A stretch of 64,000 bases of DNA from Tubiluchus corallicola (taxonomy: Eukaryota > Animalia > Priapulida), in contig JAQGDQ010000215.1 in assembly GCA_030141605.1 (NCBI GenBank), positions 124,001 through 188,000 on the forward strand, written 5' to 3'. Shown piece after piece: positions 1 to 12,900 of the stretch. A model generated the notes under the pieces. That model made no database searches, was not told the origin of the DNA, and saw only the letters and a program-made list of their open reading frames with translations. The translations under genes were made by a program, and so were the position numbers. Numbering within the stretch: the first letter of the stretch is position 1; every line of letters begins with the position of its first letter.

Positions 1-17
1 TGTGCAAGAATTCTAAT

Positions 18-394
18 AATAAGCCTTTTCACAGTTTCGATGTGCGCATGCGCAGTTGCTGCAGGTCAAAGGTTAAGTGTATCACAGCAACATGTCTTAA
101 CTACAACTGTCACGTGGCATGTGTGTAAAGCAAAGTCGTCTGCTGCATCCATTCAGTAACTTCAGCTGTTTTGCATGGACTTTGCTTAATTATGCATTAG
201 TCTGTGCGTAGAGTGATTTACTAGCAGGATCTTGCTTCGGACAAGAAAAAAATGAACTAGCTAAGGAAAACTGTTACTATTATAATAGCATGGGCTGCGA
301 AGTGTCAAGTGTACACAAATGTGTTGTCTAGTACACTTAACCTTTGACCTTTTCACGATCATCATCAGTCCCTGGAACTGTGAAAAGGCTTATT
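18..394. mobile_element. MITE-like element with terminal and subterminal inverted repeats
   Basis: aataagccttttcacagtt (18-36) vs aactgtgaaaaggcttatt (376-394); ggtcaaaggttaagtgta vs tacacttaacctttgacc internally; a second copy of the right end at about 516-557. Confidence 0.6.
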
Positions 395-864
395 GGTTTT
401 ATACAGTTTTATTGTTCTTTATTTGTATAAGTTCATTCATAAGTATGTTTGTGAGATTGCTTTTATCCGCTGTCATCTATCATACAAAAAAACAAAATTA
501 GTGTAATTTGTAATCTTCACGATCATCATCAGTCGCTGGAACTGTGAAAAGGCTTGTTGGTAACAGCTTTAGACAACTTCATTGAACACTACAGGTTAAG
601 TACATTTCAAAAAAAACATCAAAAACTTACAATAAAATGTACACAATGGTATCTATGCGGCTAGAGGACATTTTAAGCAATGAATAATTATTGAGTTACT
701 CATTTGTAATGTAATCCTATAAACTGATCTGTTTTGCCGTAAGGCTGGTCTCCTTGTTGTCATTGTTCAGTTTTGGTTTTCATGTGTAATAAATTTTTAG
801 CCAATTTTTGTATTATGACGTCATGATCGAGTAACTTTGTACTCTAAATTGTTACAATGAAACT

Positions 865-878
865 GTTTCTATGGTAAC
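865..878. promoter_or_regulatory. RFX X-box-like motif GTTTCTATGGTAAC
   Basis: Close match to the palindromic X-box GTTNCCATGGNAAC; motif match only. Confidence 0.3.
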
Positions 879-2331
879 ATTAAATGGCGTTCTGAACAAC
901 ATAATTATCACAAAGTGGATCTTATGGCAATGCTAAGTGGTTTCCAGGCAGAAGAAACTTAACTCCTTCAGGATTGTAAACTCTTGCTGCATTTTGCTGA
1001 GGCTCATGAATAACTGCTCTCACTAAGCAGTGATTACATTATATGAAAAAAGCTTGCAGTAACTGCAATATTTACACTGTAACAAAATAGGCCTATAAGT
1101 ATCACTTGTGTGAAATTGCTAATGCAGAATCCAGACACAACACTCTGATACTCTTTCGCCACAAGTCTACTCTATTTTTAAAGAGAAATTCCTGTTAAAA
1201 GATGAAACGCCCTTAATTGCTCCTATGCTGATCAGTATTTTTTGGAACTCTCTTGGATAGCAGGCGATCAATAAAATAGTGTGTACGATCACTCAAGTGT
1301 ACCTCACACTAAGCTACTGCATAGGCTAAGTTGGGATGCTTGAAGAGGGTGTATTTTTCTTAATTTTATCCAACTAAATTACTTATAAATGTTTAAACAA
1401 ATAGCATGATTGGATGGTCAAGATTCAGTGGTCTGTGCTCATACAGTAACAGAAAAGTCAAATATCTTATAAGACTTAATTTGAGTGATGTGGTCTTGAA
1501 GGAAGGAGTAACCATATGCTTCGCATTCTGGACTAGTTTTGACATGTATAAGTGGAATAGTATGCACACTTGCTTACAGTTATTTCATGTGGTACAGCAG
1601 TTCTTGAATGAATTTCACCTAAGGCAAACTTTACATCATATGAGAGAATCTGCTGTCATTTAGCTCACTTATTCTTAATTATAAGTAGGAAATATTACAA
1701 AGCCTGTAACACTTATTAAATTTTATTATCACATATTTCTTAATTAAAATTAATAGCAACAATATTAGTTAAAAGTAACGTTTGCAATACGAACTAATGA
1801 GATCCAATAAAGTTTTAGTCTGCTTCTTGATCTAATTACACAATAAATCCTGCCCATTTTTCATCATAGTCGTCTGTCAATTCTCATTACGTCTCTTATT
1901 AAATTTATCAAGTTTAACGTGTTCTGTCTCACCTTTATGCTTTGTTACAGCACATTAAAATTTCAGTAAGTTCTTGTTGCCATGTTCTGCTTACTTTAAA
2001 CTGACACTGTAACAGCTTCGTCATCTTTGTTCTGCTTCGTTAATAAATCATGTTTCTTCTCTTAAAGGGTTTGTTTAAACATAATTTATTGAAGGTGTAA
2101 CATCTAGGTTTGAAACAGACAGTTTTACTACTGATATATGTTCTCTCTTAGCGGGAGCGAAACGCTAGAGACAAATGCAGAACAATGGTGACCACAATGT
2201 ACAAAAAATATTGCAATAAATATGAACATTACTATGTAACAAGAGTAACATAGTTAATACTATTTAAAGTGCTTAGTGTTTGAAATAAAAAACTGCACTA
2301 AAACAAAAATTTGAGTGTTGACAGAATTATC

Positions 2332-2428
<97 letters not shown>
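2332..2428. repeat. (TAAG)n microsatellite, about 24 units
   Basis: Perfect tetranucleotide run. Confidence 0.98.
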
Positions 2429-3961
2429 TTATTACTTTATCACCATTTTTAAAATAGCAAAATACACAACTAAGAGATTTATAAATATGTACAACATACA
2501 ATAATATTACAAAGTGCAAAAGCAATTATTGTTTAGTGGTGAAAGGGTGGTGAAAGAACGACAAGTTATCCAGGTCAGCCACCCTCTAGGGTATGGTTCC
2601 CCATGCAGGAACAAACGTACAAGTTCATTTGGTGCAGGACTGTAAACATTGATGTTAAAAGCTGTCAAAAGAGTGCAGAGATTTGTAAATAAGTCGTGTC
2701 TGGCTTGGTGCTCTTAATGTGTTAAATAAGCTCTGGGTATTACTGCTATATTAATAACTTCATTTTGCAAAAGGAGTGATAAATTTGAACAAATGAACTT
2801 TCAATTGGAAGTGAGAAGTTTGAATAAGCCCGGGCAAAGTTTCGTAAATTTGTTACTGCAGCATGCTGGGAAGGTTCAGTAACAGTACACCTTCTGTCAC
2901 TTAGGTACCTTATTAGTGTAATAAATTCATTTACTGTTGTATAATTCCACATGATTAGGACTTAGGCCTAATTTTGTCATATTGCCTTGGAACTCCTGAT
3001 GGATTGCGTAGATACGTTAAATGCGAAAAGTAGAGTGTTGATGCTTACAGTTGATTGGAGGGTTTAAAAGTGAACAAATATGCGCATCTAAATCTTTCTT
3101 TTCTAAACACAGCAACCTACCCACAGCAACGTAGCCAAGGGGTGGAATAAGCACAAGAAAACATGAAATGAAATACTGTAGTGCCAAGCAAAATGTTTTT
3201 AAAATTGACAAGGTGAAATTTTTCCACCTCGAATTTTTAATGTGTTTGCATGTTTTCTACCATGGGTAACTTTTTTGTGAGTTATATCATCCGGGGGAGT
3301 TTTCCCCGCTCTTGGTTTGAACGGCTTCAAATGCTAGTGGAAGTGACTGTTAGCGCAAGTGATCAATTCTTCATTGTCGACACATATTTCATGCATTATT
3401 CAACATCCATTAGAATATTACACACCCGATACGTTGCATAACTAACGAAGTGTGACGTAGTCTAATGATCTAGTATGCACAACAAATGTCATCCACTTTA
3501 AAAAATTACCCAAAAGGCTGGTACATCGTAAATATTAATGTGTTTAGCTGCTCATCACGTGTCAAACTTGTTGACTCGCAAGTATTTTAATAAAATGGCC
3601 AAACTGTTGAGGCTTGTGCATTTCTGATTCTTACACAGGACTTAAATTTGTAAATATTAAATGACACTCAATCATAATTTAGAGCCTGTAGGTAATAATA
3701 AGAGTCTGTTCTTCATTATACAGCAATGATATGGTGAAATGCGCTTGGCTGGATTTACAGAGCTAGGAAAATGAGAAGTAGACTTTGACTTTCCTAATTA
3801 TTGGTATAAGAGTCTACAAGATTATATAATAGCCTGCATAATGCACTATAGTATATTCCATATATGAAACCGTGGCCATGTTAGTAAATTTTTAGTATTT
3901 TGTATATAGTTAGGAATAAACAATGATTTGAATAAAACAAGTTCATTTTTTTGTGCTTCAG

Positions 3962-6900
3962 GAAATCACAAAGTTTCCCGGTGTAACACCTGAGGATGCC
4001 GCTCGATTGGCGGCAGCACGTTTGCAAGAAAGTGTGTCACATGATCCAGGATGGTACCGAGTCTCCGCTATTCGAACGATCACTGGCGGTCGAAAGGTTA
4101 TACCATCGTTAGAGGAACGTTTACGAGAGGTCTGTTCGTATGTTCATTGTTTTGTGCATATTTTGATAATTTCATGTGTTGAATTGAACTCAACTCATTG
4201 GCTACTTGATTAAAGCTATGACTTGTATTGTTATCTGATGTTATCTATAGCTTTTTTAATGCTTATCATAAACGTGTGCTATCATTACATTATTAATTTA
4301 AACACTTTATGGAGATGCAAACGAATAGCACAATAAGTTTAATTTATGTTCTCCCACGGAGTCCGCCAGTTTTGCAAACCGGAAAATAGTTTCCTGTTTA
4401 TCTTGCAGTGACGTGACTTGCATTTCTCATGAATGTCCTTTCAAAAGCTAAAGGCTTTTCTTCTAGAGTATTCGTATTGTGTTTGAATTTTTGATCAACT
4501 TCCTGTTTTGCATTGCAATGAGTTGAGCTCAGCTGTGTTCTTGTTCTCAGTGTTTTTTGTTTAGCAAGATCATTTATGCCGAGGTTTCAGAATTGCCTAC
4601 AATTATTACTAGCTCTCTGATAGGTGTAAGGGCATCCTCTCATCTGATCTTTGTCAGGAAGCAAAGGAGAAGCTATAATTTTAGAGTATTCCACACAAAT
4701 AATTTCAGTACTTATCATTTCCAGTGTATGTGCATGTCTTAAGAACCAAACATGTAATGCCCAGAATGCCTTAATTATGATAACCAACAATTTAAAAAGA
4801 AGTTTGTATGTATGTGTGCCATGAAGATCGTGTGAAGTACGTTATTCAGTTTTTTATTGTTTACTTTTGAGTTAACATGTTGACAATTTCAGTTTAACGA
4901 TATGTGCATCACTCTGTTGTAGGTTTCTTATTGTTTAAATGAATCAGAGATTATATAAGATGAGCAGAGTTCAGGTGCACGAAAGTATAAAGATGCTATC
5001 CTCGGGGAACTCGAATTGATGCAGAATATTCTTTGTAATGTTTCAGTAAATGACAAGCCATAAGTTAGAATTTACGAAAGTAAAATATGGGCATCTCACT
5101 CTCTTTCATGCTAAGCATTTGAAGGATAGCACTAGATATAAGAAAGTATTCATTGATGTTGATTATAAACTATGACAAGAATTTTAAGCAAGGTGCTGTC
5201 ACTCTAGGCACTAATCTTGTAATTTTCTACTAACTGACCTATCTTCAATGTAATTGTATGGTCCATTGACTGCATACCCACTGGTCCTCTCCCTATTTTA
5301 AATTAATGGTTCCTGTGAAACTTGTGCAAGTCTACATTCTGGAGGAAACAGATTTACTAACTGGTTTTTATTCTAGTTTTGGTAAAATGTTCAGAATGCA
5401 GCAGTTTTTCTCAACCCAAGTTTCTGTGGCAAAATAAACACTTTTCTGTTTTTCAAATTCAAGAATTTATTGTAGCTGTTTGATTTTTAGCCATGGTTTT
5501 CTGTGTGTGTCTAAACTAAAGCATATCAAAAGTAACTCAATAACAACTTCAAAAGTGACTTTGACATTGTCACCTCTGCCTGTTGATGTGCATGGATATC
5601 CACTTATCCTTCTTCTTGACAATCTTTTTACTGCAGATGAAGAAGGACGTGAAATTAGATGCGTGAAGGCAAATGAAACACTTGGTCTCTATGTCATGCA
5701 TACAGCCTTATTGAAGATTATATCTGTAAATAGATTTCTGTTCATAACACTTTGTATTAACCAGGTATTTTTGCCATCTGTATCCTCATGTTCATGGACG
5801 AGGCCCAAACTTGTTTCTTTCCATAAAAGAGGTGATGTCAGATTGTAATACCAACTGGGGAATTTCATTAATGGACTTGCTTCCAAAGCTCTTTGATAGT
5901 TTAATCAATACCCATGGCGGAGATGGAAAGATACTATGGAACTGCAGCACCCCCTGTTTTCATTCAATATTACCGATATTATTCAACATAATAATGTTTT
6001 TTAGTTCTTTCTTTGTGTTTGTACAGAATCAGAACACGTGCTGTTTGCTTCACAGCCCAGCACAGTGGTGTGTGCTGTTGTGCGCATGCGGCCATGTGCA
6101 CATGTCTGAGATAACACAATGTATGCTGCACTGCTAGCATCTGTTGCTAGGTAGAGAAAGTACTGTCACTCACACAGTTTGTTCTCAGTTGTCACATGCT
6201 TAAAAACTGTGTACCGGCATATTCTTGAACTGCGTCAATTTAGGCTATTCGTAAGCAAAAATTTCTTTGTTTAGGATTTTATCAAGTTCATGTATAAATT
6301 TTCGCGTGTTTGTTTGTTTAGAATTACAATTACAACATGAAAATTACATATGTTTGTTTCGTTTTATACAGTATTAAAACAATGGCTAAAAAATTTCTAA
6401 AGCAGCACCCCCACTAATTTTAACTATGAGCCACCACTGATCAATACCCATTTACAGAAATGGTGAAACAATTTACTTAACAGGCACGGGTTAAGAGAAT
6501 GGAGCGTATTATGATTTGCGGCTTCTTATTAATCCATTAAATTGGGAAAAATAAAAGCTTTTTGCTGTTTTTATTGAATTTTCCAAAGCGTACGACGCAA
6601 TCCTTTGTCATAAACTTGTTGAAGCATTGGTCAAGCTTGGTTAGGAAAGATGATGAAGGCCATTCAAGCAATGTATACCAACAGTATAACTATTCCGCAG
6701 TTCGAATTAATTACTTGTGACACACGTGGTAAGTAGGGTGCTCCATGTAGTTGCCTGCTATTCGTGCTGTTTGGAAATCCTGTTATAAAATTGTTAGCTG
6801 TTTTCGAAGGTGACAGGTTTTTACAAAAAAATACATTCGTTGCTTTTACGGAGCACATTGTGCTGAAAAGCTGAAGGGTCTGAACTTGTTTTATGATGCT

Positions 6901-9900
6901 CAAGAATTAAGATTAATAAGGACAAACTTTTTACGGATAAATAGCGATGCAAATGATGAAAGACCAGTTATATGATTTGATTGTAGCATTATGTAGTTTT
7001 TATCTGTAACTATTGTCACAGAGGATACCAGATTGAGTAGTACTTTAATGAACTTAAAAATGCAACATTTGTGCAGAAAAATGAGTCTTCTCCAGTTAAC
7101 ATCAAACTCATGACTTTGAGACCTGCTTTCATTAGTGCAGCTATGTACAGTTGCGAGAGTTGGTCCAACTGGTACCTTGTACGTGTCATGCATAAAGAAC
7201 TGTTTAGCGGTGACGAAGATGACACAAAACTATTTGTGCTTAGTTGAACTTTACATGCCATGCTTAGTGAAAGCTTACATCAGATCACAGCAAGAGAAGT
7301 TCATCAAGAAGATTTTAAGACCTTTTAAGAAAACCACAAAACACTGGCCGATGTAAAAGGGCATTGCAGGCAGATAAGTATTAAGATGTTGCACTACTTG
7401 GACTTTATTACAGCTTTAAATGAAGTCCTGTAACTGCAATGAAAGAAATGTTGTGACATTTTGCTATAACAGTAAAGTATGATCATGGTATCGTCTGTGT
7501 GCTTTGTGTGTAATACAGTGTCTGTCCTTAAGTTTTTGTTGGACTAAAAACGTTTTTATTTTGATACTTTTCAGGTTGCATTGATGTCATCCTTTGTTTT
7601 TTAGTCAATAAACGTTCATTTAGTCTAGTTGTGTGCCATTTTGTCGTTCATCAGTCCTTATAACAATTTCATTTCTCTTTTATCAAGGTCTATGAGTTGG
7701 TGAAAATGCAGGAAACACGTGGAGAAATAGCAGCTGATGGTGGGCCTGACGTCGTTCCTAAAATTCCAACAGTGATTGAAGAGAAGCATGCTATAGTTGA
7801 GTTTGCTGCTGCATCGTGTGCTGTCATGGAGAATGATAAGAAGGTTCTGGTTGTAATGGTCCGTCATGGTAATACAAAGAACAGAGCAAGATTCAGGTAA
7901 AAATTATTTACAGTGTAGTTAAGTAAAATCTGCTATAGAATAACTTGCCTTTTTTCAGTGTTAGTGAAGTTGTAACTTCATTTAGCAGGAATTTAAAATG
8001 CTTATCTTTTGGAAGTGGTGCTGACACGTCATTGCTGTCTTAGCATTCACTGTTTTAGTCACCCATCTGTGGTTATTGTCTTTAGCACTGATTTCCAGAA
8101 GTCACTGCACCTAGTAGCACCTCACGGATGGTATAGTCTTGAAAGAACTTGAATACGTACATCGTGTCCAAAGATGGGATATTTCTTGTTTAAAATGTTC
8201 AGACATCAAATTATTGTTAGCAAAGTGAAGCAAACATATAAAGTAAAGAAAGTTCTACTGCCTACACACTACTAGTATCATCTTAGGGCAGTTCATTACA
8301 GTTACAGCAGAAAATAGAGATGTTATGCACTAGTATCATCTTAGGGCAGTTCATTACAGTTACAGCAGAAAATAGAGACATTATGCACTAGTATCATCTT
8401 AGGGCAGTTCATTACAGTTACAGCAGAAAATAGAGGCGTTATGCACTAGTATCATCTTAGGGCAGTTCATTACAGTTACAGCAAAAAATAGAGACGTTAT
8501 GCACTAGTATCATCTTAGGGCAGTTCATTACAGTTACAGCAGAAAATAGAGACATTATGCACTAGTATCATCTTAGGGCAGTTCATTACAGTTACAGCAG
8601 AAAATAGAGGCGTTATGCACTAGTATCATCTTAGGGCAGTTCATTACAGTTACAGCAGAAAATAGAGACGTTATGCACTAGTATCATCTTAGGGCAGTTC
8701 ATTACAGTTACAGCAGAAAATAGAGATGTTATGCTCTAGTAGTATCATCTTAGGGCAGTTCATTACAGTTACAGCAGAAAATAGAGACATTATGCACTAG
8801 TATCATCTTAGGGCAGTTCATTACAGTTACAGCAGAAAATAGAGATGTTATGCACTAGTATCATCTTAGGGCAGTTCATTACAGTTACAGCAGAAAATAG
8901 AGATGTTATGCACTAGTATCATCTTAGGGCAGTTCATTACAGTTACAGCAGAAAATAGAGATGTTATGTGTTCAAATCTAGATTGAAGGAACTGAATTTG
9001 TTAAATGGGTACAAAAGATGAGTTATTAATAGATGAACTCAACATGTTAACTACCTAGTGGCAGTCATCCTCAAGAGATAAGTATCTCTTGCTACCTTTT
9101 ATATTAGTACAGGTTTTAAGTGACAATGTGTAAGTGACACAGGTTTTCAGGTGCGTTGATTACAAAACATTACTTCTAACAAGAACCTACTTTTGTAACC
9201 TATTAATTACCTGTGTCGTTAGAGTCAGCCTTATCGGGGGACAGTTATAACCAGCGTTTAAAAACAATAATGGTATTAGCTTAATTAATGTGCACTAAAT
9301 TTTATGAGCACTTATCAGAGAAACTTATTCTGTTGACTGATTAACTGTTGCAGAATGAAGGAATCATTGCAACAGGTGAAGGAATCATTTTATTGTAGGT
9401 TTTCTGAAAATAAATGAACAATGTATCTGATTTTACTACGTATGCTTATTGCTCACATTGTTTCCTGTTTCACATTTTATTTATTGTCACACAAAGTTCG
9501 TAATCATATTTGTATTTGTATGCTGTATCTCTATGATGCGTTTTAAACTACTATTACTATTGTTTTTCAGATACGAAACCATAGACGGTACAGCAGAAGC
9601 TACAAAAGACTACATCGCGCAAAGGGGTGAAGTTATCATGGAACCCGGTGAAATAGAAAAGAACATTGAGATCGAAATAATTGATGACAATGAATGGGAG
9701 CCAGATGAGGCGTTCTTCGTTAAGATGTCCGTAGATCCAGAAGATGAAGATGAAGTTGTCCTCGGCCCGAAAAGCATCAACCAAATTATCATTATTAACG
9801 ATGATGGTAAGTATATGTATATTTTGATGGTTTTTTGTCTAGTACTAAGGTAATTACTGAACTTTGTGGACACTGGACAGTAATGTCAGAATTAAGCATC

Positions 9901-12900
9901 TAGGATGGCTTCGGCTATGAGTATGTGTATTGGCTTTGTGTATGTGTATTTGTATCAGTATGTGTTGCCAGTGTTGTTAGCGAATATAAGAATCTAGAGT
10001 CTGCTGGGTGATAATAGCTTGTCCAGTAATGCAGTGCAGTTATTTAGAAGTAGCACTTCATTCTTTTATTAAACAATTCTGTTTACTATATAAAACATCT
10101 AATGTACACTAATAATCCATTTCTAAGGCAATAAAATTGTCTGATTTAAAGTGCTTCAGAGTTCAAACACAAGGAATTTTCTTTTTCGTAGAGCCCGGAA
10201 TGGTTGAATTTGAGAAACCCAGTTTCTTGGTTAAAGAGAGCGTTGGCATCGCTGAAATTCCTGTAAACCGATACAACGGTGCTGATGGTACGATCACGGT
10301 GAACTGGAAAACACGTGACAAGTCTGCAATCAATAACAAGGATTTCATTGGTGGACAGGGAGTATTAGAATTTGGGCATGGTGAGGTGAGACTTGTTTAC
10401 AGTACGAGATAATGTGTTTTCAATAACTCTGTGCAGCGCAAGTCACAAGTCTTGTTTTCATTAATAGTATTTTGTTATCACAGACTAGTAATGCAGGCTG
10501 CAGACATATGCTTGTTTACTTTAAAGAAATTTATGCAATGAAAAAGTGTTTATTACGATGCTTGAATTGGCGCAGAAGAGAAAGAACAAGTTGGTGTAAA
10601 AAGGGTCTCCAAAGTGGTCGATATCGACTATCCAAGGGATCGATAAACACCTGTAGGTCAAAAAGGGGTAGATAAACGCTGGGGCCGACATTCGTATAAG
10701 AAATAAAATTACTAGAAATTAAACTTGTTGATGCACTTTTCTAATTTATTTAGTTTTTATTGTCTATTTATTTTATGTTCTGTTTAGTGAAACATAATGA
10801 TAATAATATAGTTACAATAATTTATCATTATTTGCAATTGCAAGACAGTTGACCATTATAATAATACCTGTTTCCACATGAATCTATTAACTTGGATTTT
10901 TTTACTCTATGCTCTTTATGCTTTATTTTTTTAATTTCCACAATAACAGTAAACAGTTATTCCTTTCTATTTCCGTATACTTCGTGAGAGATATTCACCA
11001 GGGGGGTACAGAACAACAGTTTCTCAGGGTTTGGTATGCAGTTCCCCTCACTAATGTCCGGGGTGTATTTGCCAATAGGCTAACAAGGCTATATATAGCT
11101 ATTATAGCCTAGGGCACCGAAGTTTGAGAGCGTCACATTTTAGGAAAAAATTCTTATTCTGCTTGGAAAATGTGCATAATTTCATCATAGAAAGGGCACA
11201 TTTTATAACACACCACAGGCAGTTGCCCAGTGAATCTTCTATATAGGTGCCACATAATTAACACTTACAAGGTACTACACAACAAGCAGTTGCACAGCCT
11301 CCAAAGATATAAGGGCCATTGAATTAACCATATAGAAACTAGGTTAATGGTGTTTCTAATATTCCACAAGTAATTGTTTGATCTGCTCATTACATAAACA
11401 ACAATAAATTCACAATAGAGATGGGCGGGACAAAACTATCTGCCTAGGGCATCGTAAAGTCTTTATACACCCCTGACTAATTTTTTTGGAAATTATTATT
11501 AATATTTACTTTTTTTGGACATGCCTGGGGGTCAATGGCAAATCAAGCATTCCATGAAGGGGTCAATGGTCCAAAACGTTTGGGGACCCCTGGTGTAAAT
11601 CGTTGATTGGTGCTGTATATAAAACTGCTAGAATATGCTTATCATAAATTCATAAATTCATTTACAAATGGAGAAGAATGGTTAATGCCAGGATTTTGCC
11701 AGGCTAATAAAGCTCATAATTTCGTTGAATTCAGTGCGGTAGCAGCCTTCCTCAGTTTGGATAATGTGAAATAATGCCAGATTCACACTAGAGAAATATT
11801 GAGACAAATGACCACAAGTAGAGCAAGTTGTTGTGTTTTGTTTACAAAAATGAACCAAATCAATGGTGTTCATTGTTACAAAGACCGAATGAACTCAGAT
11901 CATAAAGGTGAAAGCAGGTGATTTTTGCAGAATCCTCTTTTGCATTTTAAAGATAACCAAGATGATCGAGATCACAATTATCAATGACAAAGAATCTGAG
12001 AAAGATGAAAATTTCGAAATATCGCTGAACACACCGACTGGTGGCGCCACACTGGGCAAAACTGTCAGAACAATTGTTACAATTGTTAATGATGATGGTA
12101 AGTCATTAGCCTGTCGTAGAGCTCAGAGGAACTCCCTTTGTTAAGCAAATTTCAGCTTCAAGCTTTTTGTCAGTTAGACTAATAGAATCGTAGCAGAACG
12201 AATTTGCACGAGGCGATTAATGTTAAAAATGCCACTATTCAATTATTTTAACAAATAAAAAGTAATAATAACAATTTATTTGTTAAAATGTGTTAGAATG
12301 TGATTTCACATACTTCAGTCTAATGTCCTCTATGTGTTTTAATACCATGTAGAGAGTCCCACCACCCCACCCCACATTTTTTCACATATAAACATTTTTA
12401 ACGAATCATTGTTAAGTGTAGTGGCTATTTCCGTCTCTCTAATATTTAGAATCGCTGCTGTTGTATGTGTGACTCTAGAGCAGAGTAAATGTTAAGAAAA
12501 GCCAGGCTGAAAACCAAAACTGTTTCTATCAATTACCTCAGATGCTCAGTAATACCGCCAGAAGTATTTCTGAACGTAATATTGACTGCAGTGTAGACAC
12601 GTACGTTAAGTTTGATGCATTTTGAAATTGTGATGGTGTTGAACAAACTTTTTTATCTTTAAATGTCTAATGAATTCATGCCAGAATCCTCTAAGTTTTT
12701 GTCATACTGCAATGCCAATAGCAATGTAAAAAACTGGCTGTTTGCTGTACAGACTTTCATTTTCCCCTCATAGCAAAAAGGTGATATTGCAATGCAAACG
12801 AGAAAAAAGAACAGCAGACAAAAATAAAGCTACAGCAAACGTGCAAATAAATAAGGAACAAACATCAACAAATCATTAACAAGCAGAAAATAACTCAAAG

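Noticed and set aside
345-380. CTGATGA..GAAA on the minus strand resembling a hammerhead core
   Set aside because: No stem II or stem I pairing; the second copy at about 520 lacks GAAA.
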